From contig CM074818.1 of NCBI GenBank assembly GCA_037447605.1, forward strand, positions 1,128,617 to 1,192,616: a stretch of DNA of 64,000 nucleotides, in the 5' to 3' direction. The DNA is from Zygnema circumcarinatum SAG 698-1b (Eukaryota; Plantae; Zygnematophyceae). Made by a program: the position numbers and the translations under genes. The notes beneath the pieces are model-generated. The model was not told the origin of the DNA. It saw only the letters and a list, made by a program, of their open reading frames with translations, and did not search any database. Shown here in pieces: positions 49,723 to 61,783 of this stretch (its first letter is position 1; every line of letters begins with the position of its first letter).

Positions 49723-52700
49723 TCACACCGCAGGTGTGCGTGTGTACACCCACCACAAGAGATTGGAGAGAGAGTTCCCTCCATCGAACTGCGCTAATGA
49801 TTGAATGTTAGCCAGAGCTTCCGACGGGTCATAGAGAGCCAACAGGGCCCAGATGAAACCATTCCATTCATCCGTTGCCTCCACTGTAGAAGCAAGTGCC
49901 CATGGAACAAATTGCCTCACATAGTCGATATCCGAGAAAAGCCACTGTGTAATTGGCGTAATGGGAAGCACTTGAATTCCAAGACGTGCTCGCCGTGCTT
50001 CTGCAGGTGCAAACCAGAGAGAAGAATCTCTCATGCCGGACCAGAGAACCCCAACTACACGGTTCGCTGATGTGAACACGGGATCGTAGAGAGTGGAGTT
50101 CTCCTTCACGTGCCACAGCAGCTGAGCAGTATGGACCTCAAATTGTGCCAACGTACCGCTAAGGCTCACCAAGGAGGAGTCATTGAAGGCCAAGCCAACC
50201 AAAGCAGCTGCATAGTACGCATTCACGGCTTCACTCGTGCTCTCCTGATTGCGTCCGGCTGAGAATTCAAATAGGCCTGATGCCCACGAATGCAGCACGT
50301 AGGGATCAAAATGCCGCAAAACAGGGAAATAAGGGTCGTCGGGATTGGCAGCCAGAATGTCGCGCACAAGAGAATAGATTTGAAGGATATAAGTTTGACC
50401 CCAGTCGGCATTGAGCTTTGTAAGAACGGCCGCCGCATAAAGAAAGTAGCCGTAGTGATAGTGGTGGTCGTTGTACAGTCCTAGGCCAAAGTCCGCTCCC
50501 TGCAGTGGTTCATATTATGTAGTAGGTGAGGGAATCAGTCACGATGGTCGTCAAAATATAGGGCTATGAAACGGCGGAAACAAGCGTAGCAACATCATGA
50601 AGAATTGTACTATACAATGACACTCCAAATTGCCCTAACATAATCTAAAGTTCGTTCGCACTGCTGACAGACAGTAAATATACTCCAGAGTGCATTTTTG
50701 GTTGGCCAATTCCCCAGGCAGTTTAAGCACCGACATTAGGAACAATGGTGTGATATCCTATACTGGACATGAATGATTTCTGAAAAGCGCAAGGCACTGT
50801 TGCCATCAATATTTTCCCCTCCCTCCGATCACTTTGACCAAATATCAGTCCATCTGCAAAGAGAACTTGGCCTTGCAGATGTCATCTCCAACACTAGACG
50901 ATAAGCAAGTCAGACCACCTCATGAGGACAAGGTGCAAGGGGACAGAAAGTTCGGCAAACAGTGCGGAAGGTTACTATCTCACCGAATTTGAAGCTCCGA
51001 GTTGGCTCACAATACCACCCCATCGGCTATCATACAGCAGAGCATTGCCAGAAAAAGTCCCAGAGAACCACGGGGTAAGGTTATCCTCGAGATACGATGC
51101 AACTATAGCAGCCTGCTCGGGTAAATCTGCTTCCTCTGCAATCAATGCGAGACGTGCTGCACGAGCGATGGCCTTCCCAAAAAAGTAGGTATCAACGTCG
51201 GTAATGGGGGCAAGCTGGGCAATATCCTGCAAAAGGGGAGCCGAAAGGAATCAGACGTCATGCAAAAAAAAACATGTGATGTCACCAAGCATCCTTATCC
51301 TGTCTCATCCATGTTTGCAATCTATTCAGCGCAGAGGCCTACAAAGGTCCTACCTGTACCACGGCTTCTTGCAATGTTGCTAAGTTTGCTTCGTTGGATA
51401 TGCCATTTGAGGAGTACCAACCGAGGGTCGCAGAATTTACATCCACCACCCAACTCGTGCCAACTCGCGAAGCAGCATGGCCATCCATTGTTTCGTATGT
51501 GACACTAGCAGCCCGCAAATCTGGTGAACTGGCAGGAACTGTTTCGGTGAAGGCCGTCTCATTCTTCTGTAGAGGAAACCTGTGCACTGCAGCATAAGCA
51601 GCAAAACGATGCACATCAATTCATGTTATACTGGCATCTTACTGACTGAAGAAAAACGAGCCTTTCGCCTTCAGGTCAAATTTGCATCTTGCTTTCATCA
51701 GAAGTTTCAAAGCCAAACTGGTTCCACTTCGCACCTTCAAAACTAGCCTTACCGTTCAATCAGTCCGCTATGAGTATCTTGACCAGCCGAGTATCTTGTT
51801 AATGCAGACTTATCAACTGGAAGATTCATGCAGGATATGTCAAGGAAAAGGTATATAAAAGTGCAACAGTGAACCTCAGTGCTGTGCACAGATTTTCTCA
51901 GTTCTGAAAATTTACCATCCATCTACCGAAGTAAGATAAAACCTTCCAATGTCTCACAGAGCTACACTCATAACGACCCAACCTCCAGCACCCGTGGCAA
52001 AAAAAAAAGGGGTCAATGCCTACCCGGAAGCGTCAACATGAGGAGTTCAGATTCAGGCAGCGTTCCGAAGCTCTTTGACTGCCAGTTGTAGCTAATTTGG
52101 AACTGCCCAATGCTTATGTCACATCCTGTCGGATAAACCGAACTGTAGTAGTCAAGAATACTCTCTGCAGAATACTGGTTTGCGGGCAAGAGAGCCACGC
52201 GGATCACTCCAGTGAAAGGGGCTGCAGCAGAAATCGTAGTGGACGTGTTGAGAGAGGAAACTGAAACATTGAAGGGCTCGGATGAATAAATCAACCATGT
52301 CTGTAAGATGGGCAAAAAATTCGTCCATCATGCAACAGACATTAGTCATCCATCATTAGGAAAAGTATTTCCAATAGACTGTGGATTCAGAAAAGAAGGA
52401 AAGTCGACGCATAAAAATCAGAGAAACAGATATTTGACAATAGTGACACAGACTACTCCCAAGAATGTGCGAAGGTCAGGATGCCATAGGCGCACCATGA
52501 CAAGAGACTGAGGGACAATCCAGCAGCGGTTCATCTCACCAATCCGCTGCTAAATTCGGCTTTGTATCTGCTGCCAGCTGAATCGGAAGTGAAGTTAATC
52601 AACGTATACATCGTAGTGAAGACAGGTGTGGCGCCAACGAGGATGAAGGTGAGGTATGGACTGCCCCGGACTAGAGGAACAGTCAGAACGTCACTCCATT

Positions 52701-54012
52701 GGAACGTGACGCTGAGCTTGTCGTATGCAGCAATTGTGGGAGAGGGCAGACCCTCTGCCACTGTCAATATCAGGTCCCTCATGAAGGCCTACAGGAAATC
52801 CCGACCAGAGGTAAAGGATAAGTGAAAGGTTTATGATCCGAAGCTGCACAGAAGGTAAGCTGCCAACAGAACAATTCGGCAAGTGAACATTGGACAGCGA
52901 AAGTGCTTTCTAAGTCAGACATGTACAACTGAACTCAGTGAAAAGGAAGGCCTGTAGAACAGCATGGGATCAGCACGACGAAATTAAACTCACAAAGCCA
53001 GCAACTATTACGGCAAAAAGAAAAAAATGCACAAGATGAAAGGCAGAAAAGACCGGACAAGACTGGGAAAATGAAGTCAGGTTAGGTAGAAACAGTTTAT
53101 ATATTTGCATACACGGTAATCGGAATCAACAAGTCATAGTGAAAAACCATAGCAAATGCAAATAAAGTAATGAAAAATGATGGATACAAAATCAAAGCAA
53201 CTAAAAAATCAAAGACAGACTTCAACGAGTTAACCGCGTAACCGCAGAAAAACCACGAAAGGGTCAAACCTGCTACTTGACAGATTAGTAGTCATCTTTG
53301 CCAGGAATTATCCTACTCCTTTAAACCATGTCATCCAAAGCCAACCTAGGCAATAGAAATAAATCATTTGATATTAGCAATAATAAAATTAGTACCTGAG
53401 TTACCATCGCTGAAGTCGCTATCCGTCGAGGGTAACCAAAAGCAACGCCGGATGAACCCAACTGAACCAGATAAGGCGAGATCAACTCCGGCGAGGCTCC
53501 CGCATTCAAAACATAGTTTTGCCAAAAAGAGTTTGTTGGAAAGGGCGGCTGCCAGTGAGTTCACGAAGTTTGGAAGACATGAAATAAGTAGCCTTACATT
53601 CCAAGACAGTTTCCAGATCACTTTTCAAGCGAGAGAGAGATTTACAGACATCTAGCAATATGTCAGCGAGACTACTCTTGCGCACAGCTAAAAGTAATGC
53701 TCTTTCCAGGACTTGTGAGCAAAAAATTGAGGCTTTTTAAGAAAAATAAAATGTTTGAGCAAAATAGGAAGCGCTCCTCATCACTGGCCTTACCTTGCCT
53801 GAAGTCATACGGGAGGGACATCAAGTGCTTTCACGATGTCCCCTCGCAAGTCCTAACTACAGCTCCAACGAGCGAAGATGAAGAAATGCTTTAAACGAGA
53901 GGCTCGGAGAAATGTGGCATTGTGATGAGCTCACCGAAAGGTTAGACGCAATAAATGGAGTCGGTGGAGGTGCAACAGTGGACGCGATGGCCGGAAACCC
54001 TGGAACTGCCAT
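49723..54012 (-). CDS. GH81 endo-1,3(4)-beta-glucanase, copy B (tandem paralogue, same exon structure)
   Basis: MAVPGFPAIASTVAPP...SNLS|PPFPTNSFWQNYVL, VPLVRGSPYLTF, TYFFGKAIARAARLALIAEE, GADFGLGLYNDHHYHYGYF, RNQESTSEAVNAYY, NLLWWVYTRTPAV*. Intron positions match copy A. Confidence 0.93.
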
Positions 54013-55134
54013 GATTCCCCTCCCAGAAGGAAAAAAAGCTGGTTCCGCAAAAACAATGCGGTTATTGCAGGAACATGAAGATGGATTTCGTCAGCTTCTT
54101 CGACGCTATCGCAGGCCAATAGTGGAACAGGAAAAACCACGGAGGCAGTCGCCCTTGTGCAGTCGGCCTTCCCATCCTTCAGAGAAGAAATACGAAAGCA
54201 ATCCGCCCCCAAGGCCAGCGGCTCCCCTTTCGAGGCAGAAAGTGGCGAGGCCGAATTCTCCCACGAACACGAGCCGGCCCGAGGAGGCGGAGCGCCTCCC
54301 AGCGCGTGCCTGCCCTCCTCCGCCATGGCGGCTCCGCCCCGGCCCGCGTCGCTGCTCTAATCTCCGCGGAAGCGCCGCGCCGACGGGCTGACGGCTCGGC
54401 TCGACTGGTCCGCAGCCCAGCCAAGCACCGCCTGGTTTTTGAAAACCGGTTTGAGGCGGGAAACTAATAACTGGTAATTTGGGCGAGCGAGCGTCTGCGC
54501 TTGCCTGGATCTTGATGGCGTTCATGGCCATGGCAGCGGTCGGACGATGGAGGGTTGGAGGTTGCTCCGACCGACAGACCGCTGGAATAGCCTTGCGGGC
54601 CCCGAATGCTCGTTTCTAACTTCTTCTTTTCAGCTTACAAGACGGACTGAGTAACGACAGGAACAAGAATGGCTTCCTCGAAACCTGAGTACTATCTGAG
54701 TATTAGGTGCTTGTCTCCACGTAAGCGTGCAAGCGCACAGGCCCTCTCGTGCAGTCACATAACCTGCCGCACGGTGCAACCCAAGCAGCGGCACAGCCTT
54801 CGTATTTGGAGACGGGGTGGCGTCCTGGGCTTGCGAACTCTGTGGCAATGCACAATTGTTGCAGCTCTGTGATTGTATAGCTGCTCAAGCGAAGCCATGG
54901 TTGCAAACAGGACATCAGGATAGAACAACCATGTAGAAAATAGGGCGAGTCAATCTTGCGAAAATAGTCCACGTGGAAAGAGAAACCTTCAGCGTGACAA
55001 GCATTAAATATTCCATCTCCGTAGTCTATTTCTTTTTGTATTTGTCCATCTCGCCCACGGAAGTGCAAAGAACATTTTTTCTGTTTAACTAGGTCTCGAT
55101 CTCGGTTCAGGAGTGCGACACTTCTCCCAAAGAC

Positions 55135-55301
55135 CAGTGACGGATCCAGGATTTTTTCTCAGAGGGGAACTAAGCCCAATCTGAGGGTAGGCTAAGCCCA
55201 ATTTCAGCAAAAAATACATAAGATAAAATTCAAAAAAGTTGAAATTTCAAAATCTCAGGGGGAACTTAGCCCCCAGACTCGTATACGTGGGTCCGCCACT
55301 C
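55135..55301. mobile_element. Short hAT-type MITE (~167 bp)
   Basis: Imperfect TIR CAGTGACGGATCCA.../...TGGGTCCGCCACTC with 8-bp flanks CCAAAGAC and CCGAAGAC (7/8 match). Confidence 0.65.
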
Positions 55302-56342
55302 CCGAAGACGGCATTTTTTTGCCGTATTCTTTGCAAGATGGACACCGCTATTGTAAAAGCAAGACTACTGACGTATCATTTATGCGAACTGGTCCTCAGA
55401 TAACGAAGGATGAGTATCGACTTGCTCTTTTATCGTCAAGCGACTGTACACAAACTCTAAAAAAACGAAGATTCGGAAGTTCTTCAGTATGGACTCGCGG
55501 CCTTCTGCCTGCTGAGGGGAGGGGGAGGGGAAGGGGGAAAGGAAGGGAGGGAGGGTCTCCCTCCCTCCCTCCGCCGCAGTCCCCCGGACAATCGCTGGCC
55601 GGCCGAGTCCTCAACGAACGAGAGCATGCGCCAGGCGGACTTGGAGGGCAGACTAACAGACCAGAGTATTGACTCTTGAGTCCACAGGACGGTGCCGTAA
55701 CCGGGCGGACGGACGGACGGGTGTGAATCCGGATCCGCAATTAGCTGGAATCCGCAAGTGTGAGGGAACAGCTTGAACATTTAGAACGACGAAAAAAGTT
55801 CACATGTTCAACTGTTCAAATCCACGCCTCTGAATCTTATTGTCAATCCATTTGAATCAGGTTATTATGAGAAGTAATTACCTTAACACGCGTTTTAAAG
55901 TGTTCCAAAAGGTTAGTTTACGGTATTGCAGAGCTCTTATGTGCGTCTCCATCATGAGATCAGTGCCGATTCTATATACTTCTGGTTCGTCTAAGTAAGC
56001 AGGTTGTAGTACGATGGCCTCCGTGCGCAGGACAAAAACTAAAAACCCCAATGGGATCTGACAAGGGATTACGGTACAGCGAAATCTCGCCAGAAAACGG
56101 AGTGTAAGACTCGTGGACTCACTGTTTTCTTGCTCTTTTGCTCTTTTCTTTTCTGCTCTGCTCTCTGTGATTCAGTCGATGTTGCCAACCTGCTCTGAAG
56201 AATGCAGAATCGCCGAATGTCGTCAAGTCAGTGAAAGAGTAAGCGAGTGATCTGAATCAGGCTCTGCCAGCTAGCTAGCTCCTGATACGCCCATTGTACG
56301 TGGACTTGTCCTCCAATGCCTCGATGTTCCTTCCTCTCCTGC

Positions 56343-56426
56343 TCCTTTGCGACCAGTTCCTCGTGGTTCCCCCTGCTGCTTTTGTCCATGTACATTCGAT
56401 GGCCTCGCCATCATGCGATCAATGCC
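56343..56426 (-). repeat. Dispersed ~90-bp repeat, copy 2
   Basis: Reverse complement of GGCATTGATC..GATGGCGAGGCCATC.AATGTACATGGACAAAAGCAGCA.GGGGAACCACGAGGAACTGGTCGCAAAGGA. Confidence 0.8.
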
Positions 56427-58134
56427 CCTCCCTCTTTTCTCCACCCGCACTCCAGATTCAGGTTGGGGCGCAGGACGGCCCGCGATTCCATGCCACGGTA
56501 CATCGCAGATCTGAGATTCCCCCAACGCCAATTCCACGAGTGATTCACGTGCGCATGCTGATGTGCGGACGCAGTCACATGTCCCATGACATGACATCAT
56601 GACATACCATGACATGACATCATGACATGGCCCCTCAGTCGGGCCGGACGCCGCGCAACAACAAAATCTTCCCGATTTTAGGGTTTGCAGGGTGCATCCG
56701 TCCGTCGGAGACTCTTAGCAGAGCCAGGCAGACCGCCGCCCGCCGTTGATTTCAAGCGAAGGACCAAGCGACGCGGAATCTACCGTGGAGGAAGGACCCG
56801 GCGAGGTTAGCACTGCCTTCCACATTTCCGCTGCGCGGTTCTATGATCATGCGGCCAGTTGGCTCCGGGAGCCTGACAGATCCACCTCATCCTATCTTCC
56901 ATTCGCGAATCTCGACCGTCCATCTCAATCTTCTGAACGCCAACACCGATGCCCTCATCTCACCGTAAACACCAACGGCCATTCTTCTACAACGTACAGA
57001 TTTTCGACTTTTTATTTTTTCATGTTGTCGGGCGGCATCCTAAAAAAATAGGACAAAAAAATGCTAGGAGCACAGGGCAAACAACCAATAGTCAGACTTC
57101 TGTTCGACGGCCTAGTGAATAAACTTTATCTCTCAACTAAGAGTGCAGTGCTCAGATTCACTGATGTAAACGGGAGTAGAGTGAAATCGATGAATGAAAT
57201 CCATAACGGCACGATTGTCTCCAGAAGACTCTACTTTCCGCTAAATTAATTCCCTCCACTCAATGCAGAGTCATGAAAAGCCAACTCGGAGAATCCACAG
57301 AAACAAGACACTGACAGATGCTAGAAGGCAGGATATGAGGACACATACGACAGGACATTTCACGCGGCACAGAGCTATTGACCCTGTATCGGCAGTACAT
57401 CGGTTGGCTTCATTATATTCCTTAATCAATCCGTTCACAATATTGAGCACGTTAACGCTTCAAGGGAACTCATCTGGTCTGCTAAAGGAATGCGAACACC
57501 GAAAACAGGAACCTCATCCAAGCCACAACCGCTTAAACATTGAAAGGCCACCTATCACTACCACACATGATAAAAAAAACATGTATCCACTGCATAAAGC
57601 CCAGATATATATTCAGTGTCCAAAACACAAAATGACACATCTTATTGAAGATAACAATTGCCACCTAGACGCCGCAGTGTACACTTGAAGCAGCCTGGCG
57701 AGACCGCTTCGATCTAGAGCTGCGTTACCTGATTCGAATCAATTACAAACTGCAAGTTGGCACCTACTTTATACAGCTGGACAGCAAGAATGATCAATCC
57801 AGGTAAAATAATACCGGTATCGACGAGCTTTCAAAAACACTGACACTAGCACCTCGTTTAAGACTACACAAGCTGCCGTTTCAGATTGCGCCTTAACTAT
57901 CGACATAAAAAACGCGCAGTTCACCGGCCCGTCAGCGGCGAACTCCAGCAGACCTCTACCAGAACTCCTACCCTCACAAAGATAGCTGTGTACAAGACAC
58001 GCCGTTCCACTCCGCCAAATAAGGTCAGGTCGCAGGGCCGCTCCCAGGGACTCACACACTGCTGGGCGCAGCATGCTCGATCCTCTGCAGACAAGCCGTG
58101 CGACCCTAACAGAAACTCCAAAATATATATGGCT

Positions 58135-58993
58135 CTATGCACATTGCACGGGCAGGCACCGCGCCTCAGCCGGGTTTGATGACGAGGGGGAAAAAAAGCC
58201 CTCCACTCTAACACTAGGAACAGACCTCGCAGTAGTACACGTAGCGTAAATGGTCTGACACGGAACCATGCCGGCCGTCCCACCCAGTCTGGTGCTGCCC
58301 CGCTCGTGCATGAAGCGCACATCCTTCACAATAGGATTCCCAGCGCGGCTGGGAGGTGACGCACAGAAGGGCGGGGAGCAGGCTGGGACGCCACCGTCAT
58401 TTGACGTCACAAATTTGTTCTGAGAGGAGTATAAAATGAGAAAATGAGAACAGCATCCGAAGGTTCGGTAAAAACGTAGATTGAAGAGAGAGCGACGCAG
58501 ATACACAAGGTGAGGAAGTACCCTAGGTCACGAATCCTCACCTTGCAGAGGAAGATGTCTAGGATTTCACGACCGATTTCCTCGTCACAACGGTTTGGCA
58601 CACTGCATGATCGGAGCAGGAACACGTGCAGGCGTCAATATCACGTGGGCAAGCACAGCGGCATCATCCAGAAATGAATCTCATCACGGGACAGTCCAGT
58701 CGCTCCCCATCGCGCACAGACGACGCATCACAGAGACGTAGCGAGAAACAAAACACCAACAGACCAGGGCTAGAGCCAGCAGCAAAAAAAGTTGGAAGAA
58801 AAAAACCCCGGAAGTGATAGATATGACGTAACAACGGCATGTGGCCTCACCTGCGGCGCCTTCTAGACTTGACAACATCCGCAGCGCATTCAGGAGCAGC
58901 TCCAAGGCGAACAGCCCGAGGATACACTACTGCCTCCTCTCCGTTTTCCTTCCTGCATCCTGTCGCAGCCCGCATGCGCCTCCTCTCGTGCAT
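58135..58993 (-). CDS. Plant-specific uncharacterised protein of the At1g13390/At5g16110-like family; start codon uncertain
   Basis: Exons AVVYPRAVRLG...RRRR|SVPNRCDEEIGREILDIFLCK|NKF...PPFCASPPSRAGNPIVKDVRF...SVRVEGF...CLPVQCA*. These resemble the family motifs G.EILDI.L.K, F.GSPPSRA.NP..QD.RF and VR.EGF. Confidence 0.65.
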
Positions 58994-59687
58994 GTCGGAC
59001 CCGCAGCAGTCGAGTCCTCTGCAAGCGGCGACCTGCTGCAGCGCAGCCAGGGCGAGACCGGGGCCTCCACGTCCCGACAGAAAGTAACTTATTTACACTC
59101 AGGCCGGCCCAGACCCCGCTCCAGCACTCAGTCCCGAGTGCGCTGCCACTTATCGGGACGAAAAGCGCATCAGCGGCTTTCAGCAGCGGCGGCAAGTACA
59201 GCAGCCGCTGGGTCCGCCCGCCATGGCCGGCCGCAGGCAGGCAGGGAGTCAGACGGCAGGGCAGAACGTGGGGCGCGTCTGGCACGACCTCCCTCCCTCC
59301 ACCCCGCCCCTCCCGCGCGGCCGATAGATATCTGCAGCAGGGCCTGCGACGCGCGGCCGCCGTGCGCGACGACGTGCGACTCCGTGCGACTACCCGCTGC
59401 GACCGCCCCGCGCACCTACCCGCCCACGGCTCCTCCTCGCGGGCGACGTCGCAGCACCGAGGGACGTCAGTCGCAGGAAGTCGCCAGGCGAGTCGCCAGG
59501 GCCTGGAGCGACTGGCGGAGGGCGGGCCTGCGATCTGCGTGCGATTTGGGCGGGGCGGGCAGATTCGGACTTTTGCGAGCGGCGAGCAAATCTGGCGGCA
59601 CGGGCGGGCGGCCCACAGGGCGGCGGGGGGGGGGGGGCGCCCATTGGCTGTGGTACGGCCCGGGGCGGGGCGAGCCGGGGCGGGAGT

Positions 59688-60390
59688 AGGCATCGTTAGA
59701 TAAGAGAATTTCCATAAGACAAGGAAATAGGGAACTGGCATTCCCATAAAATTCGTTTGTAACTCCATTAAGGGATGATTTCGAGAGACGAGGATGTGGC
59801 ATTGATATCACGATGACGATGATGCCATCAAATGGTCAATAGCATAATTTTGAGTTTCATTCAAGGGAATGAAGGGATTTGCAAAGTTTCTGTACTTTAT
59901 TTGTAATATTTTCGTACTATTTCTCTACTTTTTTGTACTTTCTTTGTACTTTGGACGAAGTTTTTGTCTCATAGAAACCTTCGAATGTCATCACATAATC
60001 ACTATTTCTCTCAGTGGACATACCCACTAATGTTTCTCGCCATACAGAGTTGCTGCATAAAGAAGCCAAGGACTTCACCAATGCTTTAAGCATCAACTCG
60101 CCAGTCAACCAATGGCAATGCCAACAACTGAAATCTATGCACAAGCCCTTGAACTGAGAAACGTACACAAGGCCTGCTGTTTGAGTCCCGAGCAGGTGAC
60201 CTTGAGACCAAACTTGTTTTCATGTCCTTGTTGGAACTTCCCAAACGTCTTCGTCGTCTACGCCTCATTACGTTTTTCTTTTCTATTTTTTTTTCATATT
60301 GAAGGGGCGGCTTCTATTAAGGGAAAATTTTGAGTTTCGCTCAAGGGATTTAAGGGATTTTTTCAAAAAATTCCTTATTTGACGATGCCT
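59688..60390. mobile_element. AT-rich MULE-like insertion in a GC-box-rich promoter
   Basis: TIR AGGCATCGT(T/C)A(G/A)ATAAG at both ends; direct repeat GGGCGGGAG at 59678-59686 and 60391-60399; internal direct repeat AATTTTGAGTTTC..TCAAGGGA at about 59847 and 60326. Confidence 0.7.
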
Positions 60391-61092
60391 GGGCGGGAGG
60401 CCGTCCGGGCGGGGTGCGCCCCGCCCCGGTCGAGCCGGTTTCGCCTAAACGACAAGGCGGGCTACGATTTTCCTGCCACGCAAAAGCCTGTCCTGCCTAC
60501 AGTTCACATGTTTTTCCGAGCTGGCGCGCTGCGCTTGGCGCGACCTGGGGGAGGGTGGATATATCTGAAATCGCAGCCGTTGCAGGAGGTACGGACGGAG
60601 ATTCTCCAGTGCAATCGGACGGCGACCGGGCACCCTTTACTTATGACACGCCGGGGCGACCTGGCGAGGTGCCAACTGCGGCGGCGGCTGCTGGCTGCAG
60701 AACGGGGAAAGGCGGCGGCACTGCAGTTCCATGCTCCCTGTAGTTGCTGCTGCGCCCGTCACAGGACACGGCGGCACAGCAAACAGAACGCTGTTCCATG
60801 ACACGTTCGCCGTCCCGCCGTCCTCGTGGAGGGTTGCCGTGGGGAACATAGAACACGGGCGGGCTCGCACTGGTCACGTGACGCCGCTACACGGCACAAC
60901 AGGGACAGAGGGATGTGGCATTGGACTCATGGTGGGGATGATGCCATCATCAACAACAACATTGTGACTTCATAGGCAGCCAATGGAGTGGAGTGGAGTG
61001 GAGTCACTCGTACTCTCGCGGCTGCTTCAAGGGAGGGCTTGAAGCGTTGTTGAGCCGAGGCGTAGTTTTCCGCTCTTCGCTTTTTTATTTTC

Positions 61093-61167
61093 TGTTTAGG
61101 TCCTTTGCGACCAATTCCTCGTGGTTCCCCATGCTGATTTTGCCCATGAACATCGTGAGACCAATGC
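61093..61167 (-). repeat. Dispersed ~90-bp repeat, copy 3 (hairpin segment deleted)
   Basis: Shares CATGG.CAAAA.CAGCATGGGGAACCACGAGGAA.TGGTCGCAAAGGACC.AAACA with copy 1. Confidence 0.75.
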
Positions 61168-61783
61168 TTCATCCCCTCGTACTCCAAACCGTCAGTACAG
61201 TACCCACTGCAGTACAGTAGTCCTAGCGCGCGGCTGGCCCATCCAATCTTGGGCCTCCGCCGGCGTGCGTGCGTGCACTTGCTGCGCCTCAACAATGAGC
61301 GCGATGACGCGGAGCCCCGCGATACGGAGCGTATCGCCCATAGATGAAAGGACAAATTCGATTCGCTCCTCTGATTGCAGCTCGGATTCTTCACGAAGCG
61401 TCGCAAGCAGCCGCCAATGAGGGATGCTGGCTTACCATATCAAGATCCTCTCAGATTGCTCTCGTATGATTGCTAGGAAATCTTGCGAGAAGATTGTGCT
61501 TTGAGACTGCCTGCTGCCACCTTTTCTGAAGAATGCGGAGCCGCTGCATGTGAGTACTGTACTGACTTAGTGAGAGATACGGTAGGCTAGATCTGCCAGT
61601 CAGCTTCTGATAGGCCGCTGACCTCAAGTCCTTGACCACCGATGCTTGGATACAGCTGTGCCTGTATGATTAAACGGGCGACGGAGAAACGCCACCGAAT
61701 GTGAGTTCCAGGTTATTAGGGTCTCCATGTAGAAGAAGCCGTTTCCTGAGGTTTTACACATCTTTGAGGAGAGATAATTAAAA

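Noticed and set aside
54703-55068. 121-aa ORF (MHFRGRDGQIQKEIDYGDG...)
   Set aside because: No recognisable domain or splice support; cannot be called from sequence alone.
61290-61770. GTGAGT donor-like sites and short ORFs before the last MULE
   Set aside because: All frames close quickly, and no protein or RNA family was recognised.
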